Source: Candidatus Versatilivorator sp. (lineage in GTDB: Bacteria; Acidobacteriota; Terriglobia; Versatilivoradales; Versatilivoraceae). From it: DNA of 64,000 bases. Positions within the stretch are counted from its first letter, which is position 1; the number at the start of each line of letters is the position of its first letter. The stretch spans positions 3,104,001 to 3,168,000 of the forward strand of contig OZ242296.1 in the NCBI GenBank assembly GCA_965207735.1, read 5' to 3'. Of this stretch, positions 39,620 through 49,351 are shown piece by piece. The notes beneath the pieces are model-generated. The model saw only the letters and a program-made list of their open reading frames with translations. It did no database searches and had not been told where the DNA came from. Both the position numbers and the translations under genes were made by a program.

Positions 39620-40011
39620 TTACGGCGGTCGACACCAGCGTCCTTTTGGATGTCTTCCTGGCTGATGCGCACCACGGACCCCGGTCAAACGAGTGGCTTC
39701 GGCGGGCTTATGACCAGGGAGCGATTCTCATTTGCGACTTGGTCTACGCAGAGCTCGCTCCTGCGTTCGACAGCCGCGAAACACTCGATGACGCTTTACG
39801 GCAGATTAGCGCAAACATCTCGCCGATAGATTCCAATATCGCCTACGATGCTGGGCGACGGTGGCTACGCTACCGGAAGGCGGGAGGACCTCGAAAACGC
39901 ATTATCACAGACTTTCTCATCGGTGCCCACGCGCTTGCCACAGCTGAGATCTTCCTGACGCGGGATCGCGGCTTCTACGCAACTTACTTCCCGGAGCTGA
40001 CCCGGCCTTGA
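39616..40011 (+). CDS. vapC: PIN-domain toxin
   Basis: VDTSVLLD, AEL, DFLIGAHA, LTRDRGFY. GTGA overlap with the antitoxin. Confidence 0.9.
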   Translation: MITAVDTSVLLDVFLADAHHGPRSNEWLRRAYDQGAILICDLVYAELAPAFDSRETLDDALRQISANISPIDSNIAYDAGRRWLRYRKAGGPRKRIITDFLIGAHALATAEIFLTRDRGFYATYFPELTRP

Positions 40012-40104
40012 AGCGAATGCGGTTGAGATTTGCTCCTCAGGCAACATGGGCAGCTGGTTGAGACTCCTGACCCTTCCCTACAACGAAGAGCCCGCCACTT
40101 TCCT

Positions 40105-41079
40105 TCACCGAAAAAACCCCCGCCAGGCGACGTCGACCAGGGTGTGGAGCAGGGCCGGGGCCATCAGGTTGCGGGTTTTGGCGTAGGCTCGGCCGTAGAC
40201 CAGTCCGGCCAGGGTGGCCAGCAGGAAGTAGCGCCAGTCGGGGCTGGGGCCGTTGTTGAGATGGGCGGCGCCGAAGATGAGCGAGGCCACCCCCAGGGCC
40301 AGGACGGGGCGGCCGAGCGCTTTTTCCAGCAGGTTCTGAATGATGCCTCGGAACAGCAGCTCCTCGGGAATACCGATGAAAATGAAAATTCCCAGCGCCA
40401 TTGGGAGGAGGGCGGCCGGTGAGGCAAAGCTCTCGCGAAGCTGGAGAAACCCTGTCAATAGACCCAAAGCGATGGCCACGGGGGCGTACAGCGCGAAATA
40501 ACCCGCGGCCACCCGCCAATCCAGCGCCCGCCAGCGCCACCGATAGCCCACCCCGTCCAGGCCCTGCAGGCACACCACACAGAACACGCCCAGGCAGGTC
40601 CCGACCAGCGCGTTCATTCCATAAGCCAGCCCCCCGCCGGGCCAGGTCCAGACTCCCTTCATCAAGCCGAAGTCCAGTGGAAGCCACAGCACCAGGGCCA
40701 CCAGCCACTCCTGCCAGTGAAACCGATTGGAAAGCCTTCGGGTGGACAGGACAATCAGAAGAGGGACCAACAGATAAAGCGCCAGCGTGAGACGCGGCAG
40801 GGCTCGCAGGTTGTCGGTGGCCACGCAGTAAACGGAGTAGGGAATCCAGAGAAAGGACACAGCGGCCAGCGTCCGGCCGACGTTCCGCCCAAACCAGTCC
40901 CCGAGAGTCTCTTGAAGGGGTGGGTAACCCAAGAGCAGAAAGAGGAAGAAGTAGCTGTTCAGGCAGAGGGCCGCCAGCCCGGTTCTCAGGTCGATAGCGA
41001 CCTGCCCGCCGGAGAGTCCCCAGGCCAGCAGGTTGACCCCCGCCAGGATGAGGCAGATCGTCAGGACCGGAAGCTTCAT
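40105..41079 (-). CDS. CPBP (Abi/CAAX) intramembrane glutamic endopeptidase
   Basis: EELLFRG, FGAAH, ALLHTLVD, multiple TM helices. Confidence 0.88.
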   Translation of the reverse strand: MKLPVLTICLILAGVNLLAWGLSGGQVAIDLRTGLAALCLNSYFFLFLLLGYPPLQETLGDWFGRNVGRTLAAVSFLWIPYSVYCVATDNLRALPRLTLALYLLVPLLIVLSTRRLSNRFHWQEWLVALVLWLPLDFGLMKGVWTWPGGGLAYGMNALVGTCLGVFCVVCLQGLDGVGYRWRWRALDWRVAAGYFALYAPVAIALGLLTGFLQLRESFASPAALLPMALGIFIFIGIPEELLFRGIIQNLLEKALGRPVLALGVASLIFGAAHLNNGPSPDWRYFLLATLAGLVYGRAYAKTRNLMAPALLHTLVDVAWRGFFR

Positions 41080-41250
41080 CGATTGAGCGCTCCTCGACCC
41101 GTGCCGGGTCGTTGCCGGGTTGTCAAACCGCCCCGTTGACGGGATAGGCCGGCCTCGGGTCGGTGTTCCGGGACCCCAAAATCGATGGGACCCAAGGGGG
41201 TTGATGTATTATGCCCTGACTCCGAGAGGGGAGGCAGGAGCTTTTCTTCA

Positions 41251-43356
41251 ATGACCTGGAAACCCAAATCCCTGTGGCCGACCATTGCCTGGGCCCTGAT
41301 CCTGGGGATCGCCTGTCCGTTGTCCCTGCAGGCCTACATCGGACCGGGGGCTGGTTTTGCCTTCGTTTCCTCGTTCCTGGTACTGTTGCTGGCCGTCCTG
41401 CTGGCGGGCTTTTCTCTCCTCTCCTGGCCCCTGCGGCTCCTGTTGGGTCTCTTTTTCAAGCGCAAGGGAAAGGGGCGGCAAAGGACCGACACGTCCAGGG
41501 TGGTGGTGGTGGGTTTCGACGGCATGGACCCCAAGCTGGCCGAGGGCTTCATGAAGGAAGGCCTCCTGCCCAACTTCCAGAGGCTGAAGGACAGGGGTGT
41601 GTTTTCCGAGCTGGCTACCAGCGAACCGGCCATTTCCCCGGTGGCCTGGTCCTCCTTCACCACCGGCGTGGACGCCTCCCACCACAACATCTACGACTTT
41701 CTCACCCGTGATCCCTGCACTTATGCTCCCATCCTGTCTTCGGCTGAAATCGGAGCCGCCTCCAAAGTCTTCTCGGTGGGCAAGTACCTGATCCCCCTGG
41801 GTAAGCCCAGGGCCAGGCTGAAACAGAAGAGCAAACCCTTCTGGAAGATTCTGGGTGAGAGGGGAGTCTTCAGCTCCATCATTCGTGTTCCAGTCACCTT
41901 CCCGCCGGAGAAGTTCCACGGAGTGCTGCTTTCCGGCATGTGCACCCCCGACCTGAAGGGCTCCCAGGGGACCTTCTCGCTCTATACCAGCAACGGCGAC
42001 CCCTCCGGGGCCAGGGTCGGGGGAATGCGGTACCCGGTCTCCATCACCGACAACCGCATCCGGACCGAACTCCACGGACCCGAGAACCCGCTGCGCCGCG
42101 GTGGGGGAGAGTTGACCCTGCCAGTGGAAATTCGGCTGGACTCCTCCCGGGACCGGGTTCGCATCGCCGTCTCGGGCCAGGAGTTCGAGTTGGAACCAGG
42201 CGCCTATTCTCCCTGGATTCGGGTGGTCTTTCGGCCCGGTCTGGGAATGAAGATCCATGGAATCTGCCTCTTCCATCTGATTCGGACCTCGCCCCACTTC
42301 GAGCTCTACGTCTCCCCCATTCACATCGATCCCGAACACCCCAGCCTGCCGATCTCCCACCCCTTCATCTACTCCGTCTACCTGGCCAAGCTGATCGGGC
42401 CCTACGGCACCCTGGGGCTGGCGGAAGACACATGGGCCCTGAACGAGGAGGCCATCGACGAAGAGGCCTTCCTCAAGCAGGCCTATCTGCTCTACGAAGA
42501 GCGGGAGAAGATGTTCTTCAAGGTCCTGGAGCGCACCCCAAAGGGACTCTGCGCCTGCGTCTTCGACACCACCGATCGCGTTCAGCACATGTTCTTCAGG
42601 TGCCTGGACCCCGATCACCCCTCCAACCGCGGCAAGGAAACCGAGAAGTACCGGAACGTGATCCGGGACCTCTACATGCGAACGGATCGCCTGATGGGGC
42701 GGCTGCTCGAGGTCATCGACGACAAGACCCTGCTGCTGGTCATCTCCGACCACGGGTTCACCCAGTTCAAGCGGGGTCTCAATCTGAACACCTGGCTGCG
42801 GGACAACGGCTATCTCTTCCTGGAGGAGGGCCGCTCCGAGAGCGGGGATTGGCTGAAGGGCGTCGACTGGGAACGGACCCGAGCCTTCGCCCTGGGATTG
42901 ACCGGGGTGTTTATCAATCGAAAGGGGCGCGAGGCCAAGGGAATCGTGGAGGAGGGAGAGCCGCTGGAGGCCTTGAGAAAGGAGATCTCCCAAAAGCTGA
43001 CCGGGCTGGTCGACCCCGACACCGGCCAGGCCGCCATTCGGAGGGTGGTCGAGACCGAAAGCGCCTTTGCGGGACCCTACACCTATGACGCCCCCGATTT
43101 GCTGGTAGGATACAATGCCGGCTACCGGACCTCGTGGGACGGCGCCATGGGACGGGTCACCCGGTCGCAGTTCGAGGACAACACCCGGCACTGGAGCGGC
43201 GACCACTGCGTGGACCCGGCACTGGTTCCCGGGGTCCTCTTCAGCAATCGAAAGATCCGGCGGGACAACCCCGGGCTGACCGATATCGCCCCGACCGTGC
43301 TCAAGGCGCTGGGAGTGGAACAACCGGCCCACATGAAGGGACGCCCACTGATTTAA
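41251..43356 (+). CDS. alkaline-phosphatase superfamily (type I phosphodiesterase/NPP-like) protein with a membrane anchor
   Basis: Signal peptide, then AYIGPGAG and TM; GFDGMDP, SPVAWSSF, DRVQH, SDHGF, WSGDH, DIAPT. Start set at ATG 41251. Confidence 0.85.
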   Translation: MTWKPKSLWPTIAWALILGIACPLSLQAYIGPGAGFAFVSSFLVLLLAVLLAGFSLLSWPLRLLLGLFFKRKGKGRQRTDTSRVVVVGFDGMDPKLAEGFMKEGLLPNFQRLKDRGVFSELATSEPAISPVAWSSFTTGVDASHHNIYDFLTRDPCTYAPILSSAEIGAASKVFSVGKYLIPLGKPRARLKQKSKPFWKILGERGVFSSIIRVPVTFPPEKFHGVLLSGMCTPDLKGSQGTFSLYTSNGDPSGARVGGMRYPVSITDNRIRTELHGPENPLRRGGGELTLPVEIRLDSSRDRVRIAVSGQEFELEPGAYSPWIRVVFRPGLGMKIHGICLFHLIRTSPHFELYVSPIHIDPEHPSLPISHPFIYSVYLAKLIGPYGTLGLAEDTWALNEEAIDEEAFLKQAYLLYEEREKMFFKVLERTPKGLCACVFDTTDRVQHMFFRCLDPDHPSNRGKETEKYRNVIRDLYMRTDRLMGRLLEVIDDKTLLLVISDHGFTQFKRGLNLNTWLRDNGYLFLEEGRSESGDWLKGVDWERTRAFALGLTGVFINRKGREAKGIVEEGEPLEALRKEISQKLTGLVDPDTGQAAIRRVVETESAFAGPYTYDAPDLLVGYNAGYRTSWDGAMGRVTRSQFEDNTRHWSGDHCVDPALVPGVLFSNRKIRRDNPGLTDIAPTVLKALGVEQPAHMKGRPLI

Positions 43357-43415
43357 GCGTTCGGGAGCCGGTCGCCGGCCGGACCGGACCACCCCTAACG
43401 CACGGAGAAAATCTC

Positions 43416-43622
43416 ATGTTTGGCAGCAGGATCAAGCTGGACGGCGACTTGCTGAGCCGATGCCGGAAGCAGGCGGAACAGCTCGGTTACAGCTCGGTCG
43501 AGGAATTCATCACCCACGTTCTGGAACGTGAGTTGCGGTCCATGGAGGAAACCGGGGGCGAGATCGCGGCCGATGAAGAGGAGATCGCCAACCGCCTGAA
43601 AGGGCTCGGCTATATTGAATGA
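43416..43622 (+). CDS. small ribbon-helix-helix-like protein with a C-terminal RLKGLGY motif
   Basis: 68 aa, GGAG RBS. RIKLDGDLLSRCRKQAEQLGYSSVEEFITHVLEREL followed by EEEIANRLKGLGYIE. Confidence 0.75.
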   Translation: MFGSRIKLDGDLLSRCRKQAEQLGYSSVEEFITHVLERELRSMEETGGEIAADEEEIANRLKGLGYIE

Positions 43623-43678
43623 TCGCAGCCTGCTGGAACTGGCTCGATTGAAGGCTACCGATTTCAACCCTACCGACC

Positions 43679-44503
43679 ATGGAGCTGTTCAACCGCACAT
43701 TGGGCCTGGCGACGGACCTGGTGATGGCGCCCTTGCGGGGGCTCTCGCCCTCGATCTCGCTGCTGGTGCTGTCGGCCGCCTTGGGCCTGCTGTTGCTGCT
43801 GCTCTTTCGGCTCACCTCCAACCAGGCAGCCATCGGCAGCCTGCGCCGCCGGATGGCGGCCTATCTGCTGGAGTTCCGTCTCTTCCAACACAGCCTGGGC
43901 ATCCAGTGGTCGTCTCTGTCCCGCATGCTGCTGGCCAACTTGATTTACTTGAAGGTTGCCGCACGGCCCCTGTTGCTGATGCTGGTACCGCTCGGCCTGG
44001 TGCTGATCCAGTTGAACCAGTGGTACGGATACCACCCCCTCAAACCGGACGAGACCGCCGTGGTGGCCTTGAAGCTGGCGGGTGAGGGCCTCGATCTCTC
44101 CAGGGTGCGTCTGGAAACCGGCGACGGTCTGGAGCTGGTGGGCCGACCCCTGCGCATTCCCCACGCCGGTGAGGTGAACTGGAGCATCCGACCCCAACGT
44201 CAGGGAACCCACCGGCTGACCTTCCTGTTTGAGGGCCGGCAGGTGCAGAAAGAGATCGTCACCTCCGGCCAGGAACTGGCGAGGGTTTCGGCGGTCACTC
44301 CGACTCAAGATTTCTGGGACGTCCTGCAGCACCCGGGAGAGCCACCGCTGCCGCCGGACTCCTTCGCACAACGCATCTCGGTGGACTATCCGGCCCGCAG
44401 GATCGACCTGCTGGGATGGGAGACCCACTGGGCGGTCTTCCTCCTGGTCGTCTCCACGCTCACCGCTTTGGCCTTCAAGCGGCTTCTCCGGGTTCAAATC
44501 TAG
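43679..44503 (+). CDS. hypothetical membrane protein (possible EMC3/TMCO1/DUF106-like N-terminus)
   Basis: TM, amphipathic helix, TM, soluble beta domain, C-terminal TM. Confidence 0.65.
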   Translation: MELFNRTLGLATDLVMAPLRGLSPSISLLVLSAALGLLLLLLFRLTSNQAAIGSLRRRMAAYLLEFRLFQHSLGIQWSSLSRMLLANLIYLKVAARPLLLMLVPLGLVLIQLNQWYGYHPLKPDETAVVALKLAGEGLDLSRVRLETGDGLELVGRPLRIPHAGEVNWSIRPQRQGTHRLTFLFEGRQVQKEIVTSGQELARVSAVTPTQDFWDVLQHPGEPPLPPDSFAQRISVDYPARRIDLLGWETHWAVFLLVVSTLTALAFKRLLRVQI

Positions 44504-44514
44504 GAACACACCCC

Positions 44515-45891
44515 ATGACCAAGATCCTGGTGATCGGGCTCGACTGCGCCGCCCCGGAAATTCTCTTCGGCGATGAGAGACTGACCCACTTTCGCCGGCT
44601 CATGGCCAACGGCTGCTACGGCAGACTGGAGAGCGTGATCCCCCCCATCACCATTCCCGCCTGGATGTGCCTGGCCACCAGCCAGGACCCCGGATCGCTG
44701 GGCGTCTACGGCTTCCGCAACCGGGCGGACCACTCCTATGACGGTCTCCGCTTCGCCAACTCCCGATCCATCCTGGAGCCGGCCATCTGGGACCAGGTCT
44801 CCCGTCAGGGGGGACGCTCCAACATCATCGGCGTGCCTCCTTCCTACCCTCCCAGAAAGGTGGACGGCATCTGCGTCGGGTGTTTCCTGACTCCCGACAG
44901 CCGTCGCAGCCAGTACACCCACCCGGCCCTCGTCCAGGAACGAATCGCCCGGCTTGTCGGAGACTACCCGGTCGACGTGAGCGGTTTTCGCACTCATCGC
45001 AAGGACTGGTTGAAGCAGCAGATCGACTCCATGACCCGCAAGCACTTCGACGTGGTCCGCCACTTTCTGCGACGCTCCAAGTGGGACTTCTTCCAGTTTG
45101 TGGAGATCGGCCTGGACCGGGTCCACCACGGCTTCTGGCAGTTTCACGACCCACGCCACCGGCTCTATGAGGCGGACAACCCCTATCGGGAAGTGGTCGG
45201 CGACTACTATCGGCTGCTGGACGACGAGGTAGGGGAACTGCTGGAGCTTCTGGACGAAGAGACGGTCATCCTGGTGGTCTCAGACCATGGAGCCAAGCCT
45301 CTGGACGGCGGTTTCTGCGTCAACGAATGGCTCATTCGCCAGGGCTGGCTGGTCTTGAATCGCTACCCCGGGGAGGCCACGCCCTTCGGCCGACTGGCGG
45401 TCGACTGGGACCGGACCCGGGTCTGGAGCGAGGGGGGCTACTACGCCCGGGTCTTCCTGAACGTCAAGGGGCGGGAGCCTCGGGGAACCATTGCCCCCGA
45501 GGACTACGAGTCTTTCCGCGACGAGGTGGCCGCCAGGCTGGAGGCCGTCCCGGACGACCTGGGCCGGCCCATGGGCACCCGGGTCTTCAAGCCGGACCGG
45601 ATCTACCGCTCGGTTCGCAGGGTGGCCCCCGACCTCATTGCCCACTTCGGGGGGCTCGCCTGGCGCTCCATCGGATCGGTGGGTCGGCCGGAACTGCACT
45701 TGCAGGAGAACGACACCGGCCCCGACGGCTGCAACCACGCCCAACAGGGCGCCTTCATCCTCAACGCCCCCGGACTCTCGCGGCGCGGAGAAGTCCAGGG
45801 AGCCCACCTGCTGGACATGGCCCCAACGCTGCTCCAACTCGGCGGCTACGACCTGCCCGGCTCCATGCAGGGAACCCCTCTCGGCTTTTGA
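44515..45891 (+). CDS. alkaline-phosphatase superfamily (type I phosphodiesterase-like) protein, no signal peptide
   Basis: IGLDCA, PPITIPAW, DRVHHGFW, SDHGA, NH, DMAPT. Start set at ATG 44515. Confidence 0.87.
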   Translation: MTKILVIGLDCAAPEILFGDERLTHFRRLMANGCYGRLESVIPPITIPAWMCLATSQDPGSLGVYGFRNRADHSYDGLRFANSRSILEPAIWDQVSRQGGRSNIIGVPPSYPPRKVDGICVGCFLTPDSRRSQYTHPALVQERIARLVGDYPVDVSGFRTHRKDWLKQQIDSMTRKHFDVVRHFLRRSKWDFFQFVEIGLDRVHHGFWQFHDPRHRLYEADNPYREVVGDYYRLLDDEVGELLELLDEETVILVVSDHGAKPLDGGFCVNEWLIRQGWLVLNRYPGEATPFGRLAVDWDRTRVWSEGGYYARVFLNVKGREPRGTIAPEDYESFRDEVAARLEAVPDDLGRPMGTRVFKPDRIYRSVRRVAPDLIAHFGGLAWRSIGSVGRPELHLQENDTGPDGCNHAQQGAFILNAPGLSRRGEVQGAHLLDMAPTLLQLGGYDLPGSMQGTPLGF

Positions 45892-45921
45892 GGCTTGGCT
45901 CGGACCCAGCCGGCCCCGACC

Positions 45922-46980
45922 CTATCGGAGCCACTCGTCCCGGTGCTCCCGCACAAAATCGTCGTCGTTGAGATGGGGATAGGCCTGGTAGACGCGGTCG
46001 ATCTCCTCCAGTTGCCCCGGCCCCAGGATTTCCGCCGGGTCCAGGCACCAGATGCCCTCCAGCAGTCCTTGCCGGCGCAGCACTTCGTGCAGCCCCGGGA
46101 CGCAGCCCCGAAAATGGTTGGCCGCGTCGAAAAAGGCCGCGTTGCTGTCGGTCACCTCAATGGCCAGCCTCAGCGCGGTCTCCGGCAGAGTCCCGTCCCC
46201 GTTCCGGTAGCCATGGCATTCCTCCAGGATCTCGACCGCCCGACGGGTCCACACGGCCCAGTGCCCCAGCAATCCCCCCACAATCCGCAGCTCCACCTCC
46301 CGACCCCCGACCCGGAAGCGGTGGGGGGTGATGAGGTCCATCACGATGTTGTCGTCGTTGCCGGTATAGAGGGCGATGTCCTCCCGCCCCGCCTCGGCCA
46401 CCGCGCGCAGCACATCCAGGGTGTGGTAGCGGTTGAAGGGCGCGAGCTTGATGGCAACCACTTCCGGAAGCTCCACAAAGCGGCGCCAGAACCCGTAGGA
46501 CAGCTCCCGGCCGCCGATGGTCGACTGCAGGTAGAAGCCGAAAACAGGGGTGACCCGGGCCACCTCCCGGCAGTGGTCCAGCAGCTCCCGGTCGCCGGCC
46601 TCGCTCAAGGCGGACAGGTTCAACAGGCCGGCATGGTATCCCAGCTCCCGGATGAGACCCGCCTCAGCCACCGCCTGGGAGGTGGGGCCGCAGATCCCGG
46701 CGATGCGGAGCAGGGGCTCCGGCCGGTTGGCGTCGGCCCGGTCCATCTCTTCCCGGGTCAGCTCCAGGACGGGTCGAAACAGGTCATGCCTGGGATCGCG
46801 GATGGAAAACTGAGTCATGTGCACACCCAGGGCCAGGCCTCCCGAACCGGCCGCGATGTAGTAGCGGGACAAGGCCCGCTGCCGCCGCTCGTCCAGCTTG
46901 CGGCCGGCCGTCAGGGCCAGGGGATGGGCGGGAATGACCACTCCCCTGGAAAGCTGGGTCTGCAAGGATTGACTCAACAC
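45922..46980 (-). CDS. DHDPS/NAL family aldolase-like protein
   Basis: VIPAHPLAL, GVHMTQF, FYLQ, Schiff-base K in AIKLAPF, YTGNDD. GTG start after GGAGG. Confidence 0.85.
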   Translation of the reverse strand: MLSQSLQTQLSRGVVIPAHPLALTAGRKLDERRQRALSRYYIAAGSGGLALGVHMTQFSIRDPRHDLFRPVLELTREEMDRADANRPEPLLRIAGICGPTSQAVAEAGLIRELGYHAGLLNLSALSEAGDRELLDHCREVARVTPVFGFYLQSTIGGRELSYGFWRRFVELPEVVAIKLAPFNRYHTLDVLRAVAEAGREDIALYTGNDDNIVMDLITPHRFRVGGREVELRIVGGLLGHWAVWTRRAVEILEECHGYRNGDGTLPETALRLAIEVTDSNAAFFDAANHFRGCVPGLHEVLRRQGLLEGIWCLDPAEILGPGQLEEIDRVYQAYPHLNDDDFVREHRDEWLR

Positions 46981-46992
46981 GGCTACCTCCTT

Positions 46993-48033
46993 CTAGAATC
47001 GTCCGTCACGCACCTGGAAATGGGTGGGCTTGTCGAGGCTGGGGCCGCCCCGCATCACCCAGTCGGCAATCCAGCCCAGGAGCCGTTCAATGGCCACCCG
47101 GGGCCGGCCCAGCCGCTCATGACCGCGACGCCCGTCGCTCAGCAGGGCGTCGGGCGCTTCCTCTCCCACCAGGTTGAAGGGACGGTCCATGAGCCGACCC
47201 AGTTCCTGGCAGATCCGGCGAATCGACAGACGCTCGGGGCCGGCGATGTTCACCACGAAGGGCGGGGAGGCGCAGTACTCCACGGCCCGCAGGGCCATGG
47301 CATTGGCGTCACCCTGCCAGATCACGTTCACATGGCCCGTGGTCAGGTCGATGGGCTGCCGCTCCCAGACCTTGCGGGCCAGGTCGACCAGGACTCCGTA
47401 GCGCAGCTCGCAGGCATAGTTGAGCCGCAGTAGCGATACCCGGCTCCCCCGGGTCCGACTGAAATATTCGAACATCCGCTCCCTGCCCAGGCAGCTCATG
47501 GCATACTCGCCCTCCGGCACGGGCGGATCCTCCTCGCTGGAGCCGCTACCCGAAACCGGGGTCATGGGGTATACATTGCCCGTCGAGAAAGCCACGAGCC
47601 GACTCCGGGAGAACCGCCGGCAGACCATTGCCGGCAGGTAGGCGTTGACCGCCCAGGTGCGGGCCTCGTTGCCGGTGGAGCCGAACTTCATGCCCACCAT
47701 GTAGATCACGGTGGGACAATCGGGCAGTTCCTCCAGCCCCCGCGGGTCCAGCAGGTCGCAGCCGATGGTCTCGACCCCGCGGGAGTCCAGTCGATCCCTC
47801 TCTCTTTGGTTGGAGAAGCGGGAGACGGCAATTACCCGGCCCCGGCCCGAGCCCGCATCCAGAGCCCGACCGGCCATGCGGGCCAGGGTGGGACCCATCT
47901 TCCCCCCCGCTCCCAGGACCAGAATATCCCCCGAATGCCGGCCTAGGCTGCGAATGACGTCGGCAGTCGGTTCACTCAGCAGGTCCTCGAGCTGATCGAC
48001 ATCGTCAATGCGATCCGTCATGGGGACCGTCAT
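46993..48033 (-). CDS. NAD-dependent epimerase/dehydratase
   Basis: LGAGGKMG, GMKFG, STGNVY, YAMSC, RLNYA. Start 48033 or 48021. Confidence 0.87.
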   Translation of the reverse strand: MTVPMTDRIDDVDQLEDLLSEPTADVIRSLGRHSGDILVLGAGGKMGPTLARMAGRALDAGSGRGRVIAVSRFSNQRERDRLDSRGVETIGCDLLDPRGLEELPDCPTVIYMVGMKFGSTGNEARTWAVNAYLPAMVCRRFSRSRLVAFSTGNVYPMTPVSGSGSSEEDPPVPEGEYAMSCLGRERMFEYFSRTRGSRVSLLRLNYACELRYGVLVDLARKVWERQPIDLTTGHVNVIWQGDANAMALRAVEYCASPPFVVNIAGPERLSIRRICQELGRLMDRPFNLVGEEAPDALLSDGRRGHERLGRPRVAIERLLGWIADWVMRGGPSLDKPTHFQVRDGRF

Positions 48034-48154
48034 AATTGAAACAACTCGGGGGTTGGGTGAAGAAAAACCGGTTACAGGGTTACCCCAGAAGGATACGAAG
48101 TTACATCCTACAATTCCGACTTCAGGTTCTGGCGTCAAGCACAGGTAGATTGCT

Positions 48155-48185
48155 GATTAACATCGATGCACAGGATTAACAGGAT
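48155..48185 (+). repeat. repeat family B copy
   Basis: gattaacatcgatgcacaggattaacaggat. Confidence 0.85.
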
Positions 48186-48238
48186 GATTTGTTGATGGGT
48201 CTGGTCCGGGTGCTCCGCAATGAGGGCGTTCATTCCCT

Positions 48239-49261
48239 TCAAGTCAGGCGGCCCTGCAGCAGGGTCACGTCCACCGGCCGGTCGTTGATTCGGATCGCCT
48301 CCGGCAGCGTCGCCACCGGCGTCAGGCCGACAGCCCGCAAATGCTCGACTTTGCCCCTGTCGGTGGCGGCGGCATAGGCTTGCAGCAGCGCAATGCCTTT
48401 CTGGCGGGCGGTTTCCACCAACCGGTCCAGCAGATCTCCTACACTTTGGGCATAGTTGTCATGGGCCAGGGCGTCGATCACGGCGCTGTGCCCTCGCAAG
48501 GGAGCCGGACCCGGCGTGATGGAACCCAAGCCCAGCACCCGGTGGGGACCCTCCCCCGCCAGAATGAGCATGGAGCCGCTCAGGGCCTCCACGCCATACC
48601 AGAGCGAGGTGAAGTTCGACACGCAGCGAAGGGGCGGCGCATACCTCGGAGATACCAGGCCGCGGAGGAAGTCCAGGCAGAGACTCTCCATCGGCCGGGC
48701 CATCAGGCAGGCGATCCCGGGCATGTCGCCCCAGTTGGCCGGACGGACGGTTGTCTGCTGGCCGGGCGCGAAGAAGTGGGCTTCGGGCTCGGGCTCGCCT
48801 GGAGCCGGCCGACGCATCACGGCACCGTAGAGTCGCCGGAAACCGATCTTCTCGTAGACCGAAACCTCCCGCGGCGAATTGCCCAGATAGACGACCCGGC
48901 ACCCTGCCTTCCAGGCTTTTTGAACCAGCCCCTCGGTCAGAGTGGCGGCAATGCCCAACCCCCGGAAGTCCTTCCGCGTCATCACGTCTTCCACCACCCC
49001 GACCTGTGGGCAGTCGCGGGCAAAGGCAATCGAGGCTGTCCCCACCGCATGGCCCTCCACCCTGGCCAGAGCCACCTGCGTCCGCAAGTCCTGGCCGTAG
49101 GCCCCCCGCATGGACTGAAGCCAGTCCACGTCGGTTCGGGACCACTCCTGCTGGAGCAGCTCGATAATGCCCATGCGCTCAGCGGGCCCGATGGGATAGG
49201 TCCAGTGAACCACATCCATGGCCCGGCCGTCCTTGAGGGGGATCCTTTCACTCTGGCTCAT
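48239..49261 (-). CDS. GNAT acetyltransferase (tandem domains likely)
   Basis: VMTRKDFRGLGIA acetyl-CoA loop, VYEKIGF, a second degenerate GNAT-like half. Confidence 0.78.
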   Translation of the reverse strand: MSQSERIPLKDGRAMDVVHWTYPIGPAERMGIIELLQQEWSRTDVDWLQSMRGAYGQDLRTQVALARVEGHAVGTASIAFARDCPQVGVVEDVMTRKDFRGLGIAATLTEGLVQKAWKAGCRVVYLGNSPREVSVYEKIGFRRLYGAVMRRPAPGEPEPEAHFFAPGQQTTVRPANWGDMPGIACLMARPMESLCLDFLRGLVSPRYAPPLRCVSNFTSLWYGVEALSGSMLILAGEGPHRVLGLGSITPGPAPLRGHSAVIDALAHDNYAQSVGDLLDRLVETARQKGIALLQAYAAATDRGKVEHLRAVGLTPVATLPEAIRINDRPVDVTLLQGRLT

Positions 49262-49351
49262 GAGCCTGCCTCACCGCTTCCGATCGGTTCGCTCCAGTAA
49301 TCTGCCGCCGCTGCTGGCGCAAACCCTCCCCACCGAATCACCCGTGGAGGC

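Noticed and set aside
41248-43392. Long antisense ORFs (also 3460..5079, 6467..8020, 45895..47433, 58277..60346)
   Set aside because: Shadow frames of well-supported genes in high-GC DNA, with no motifs.
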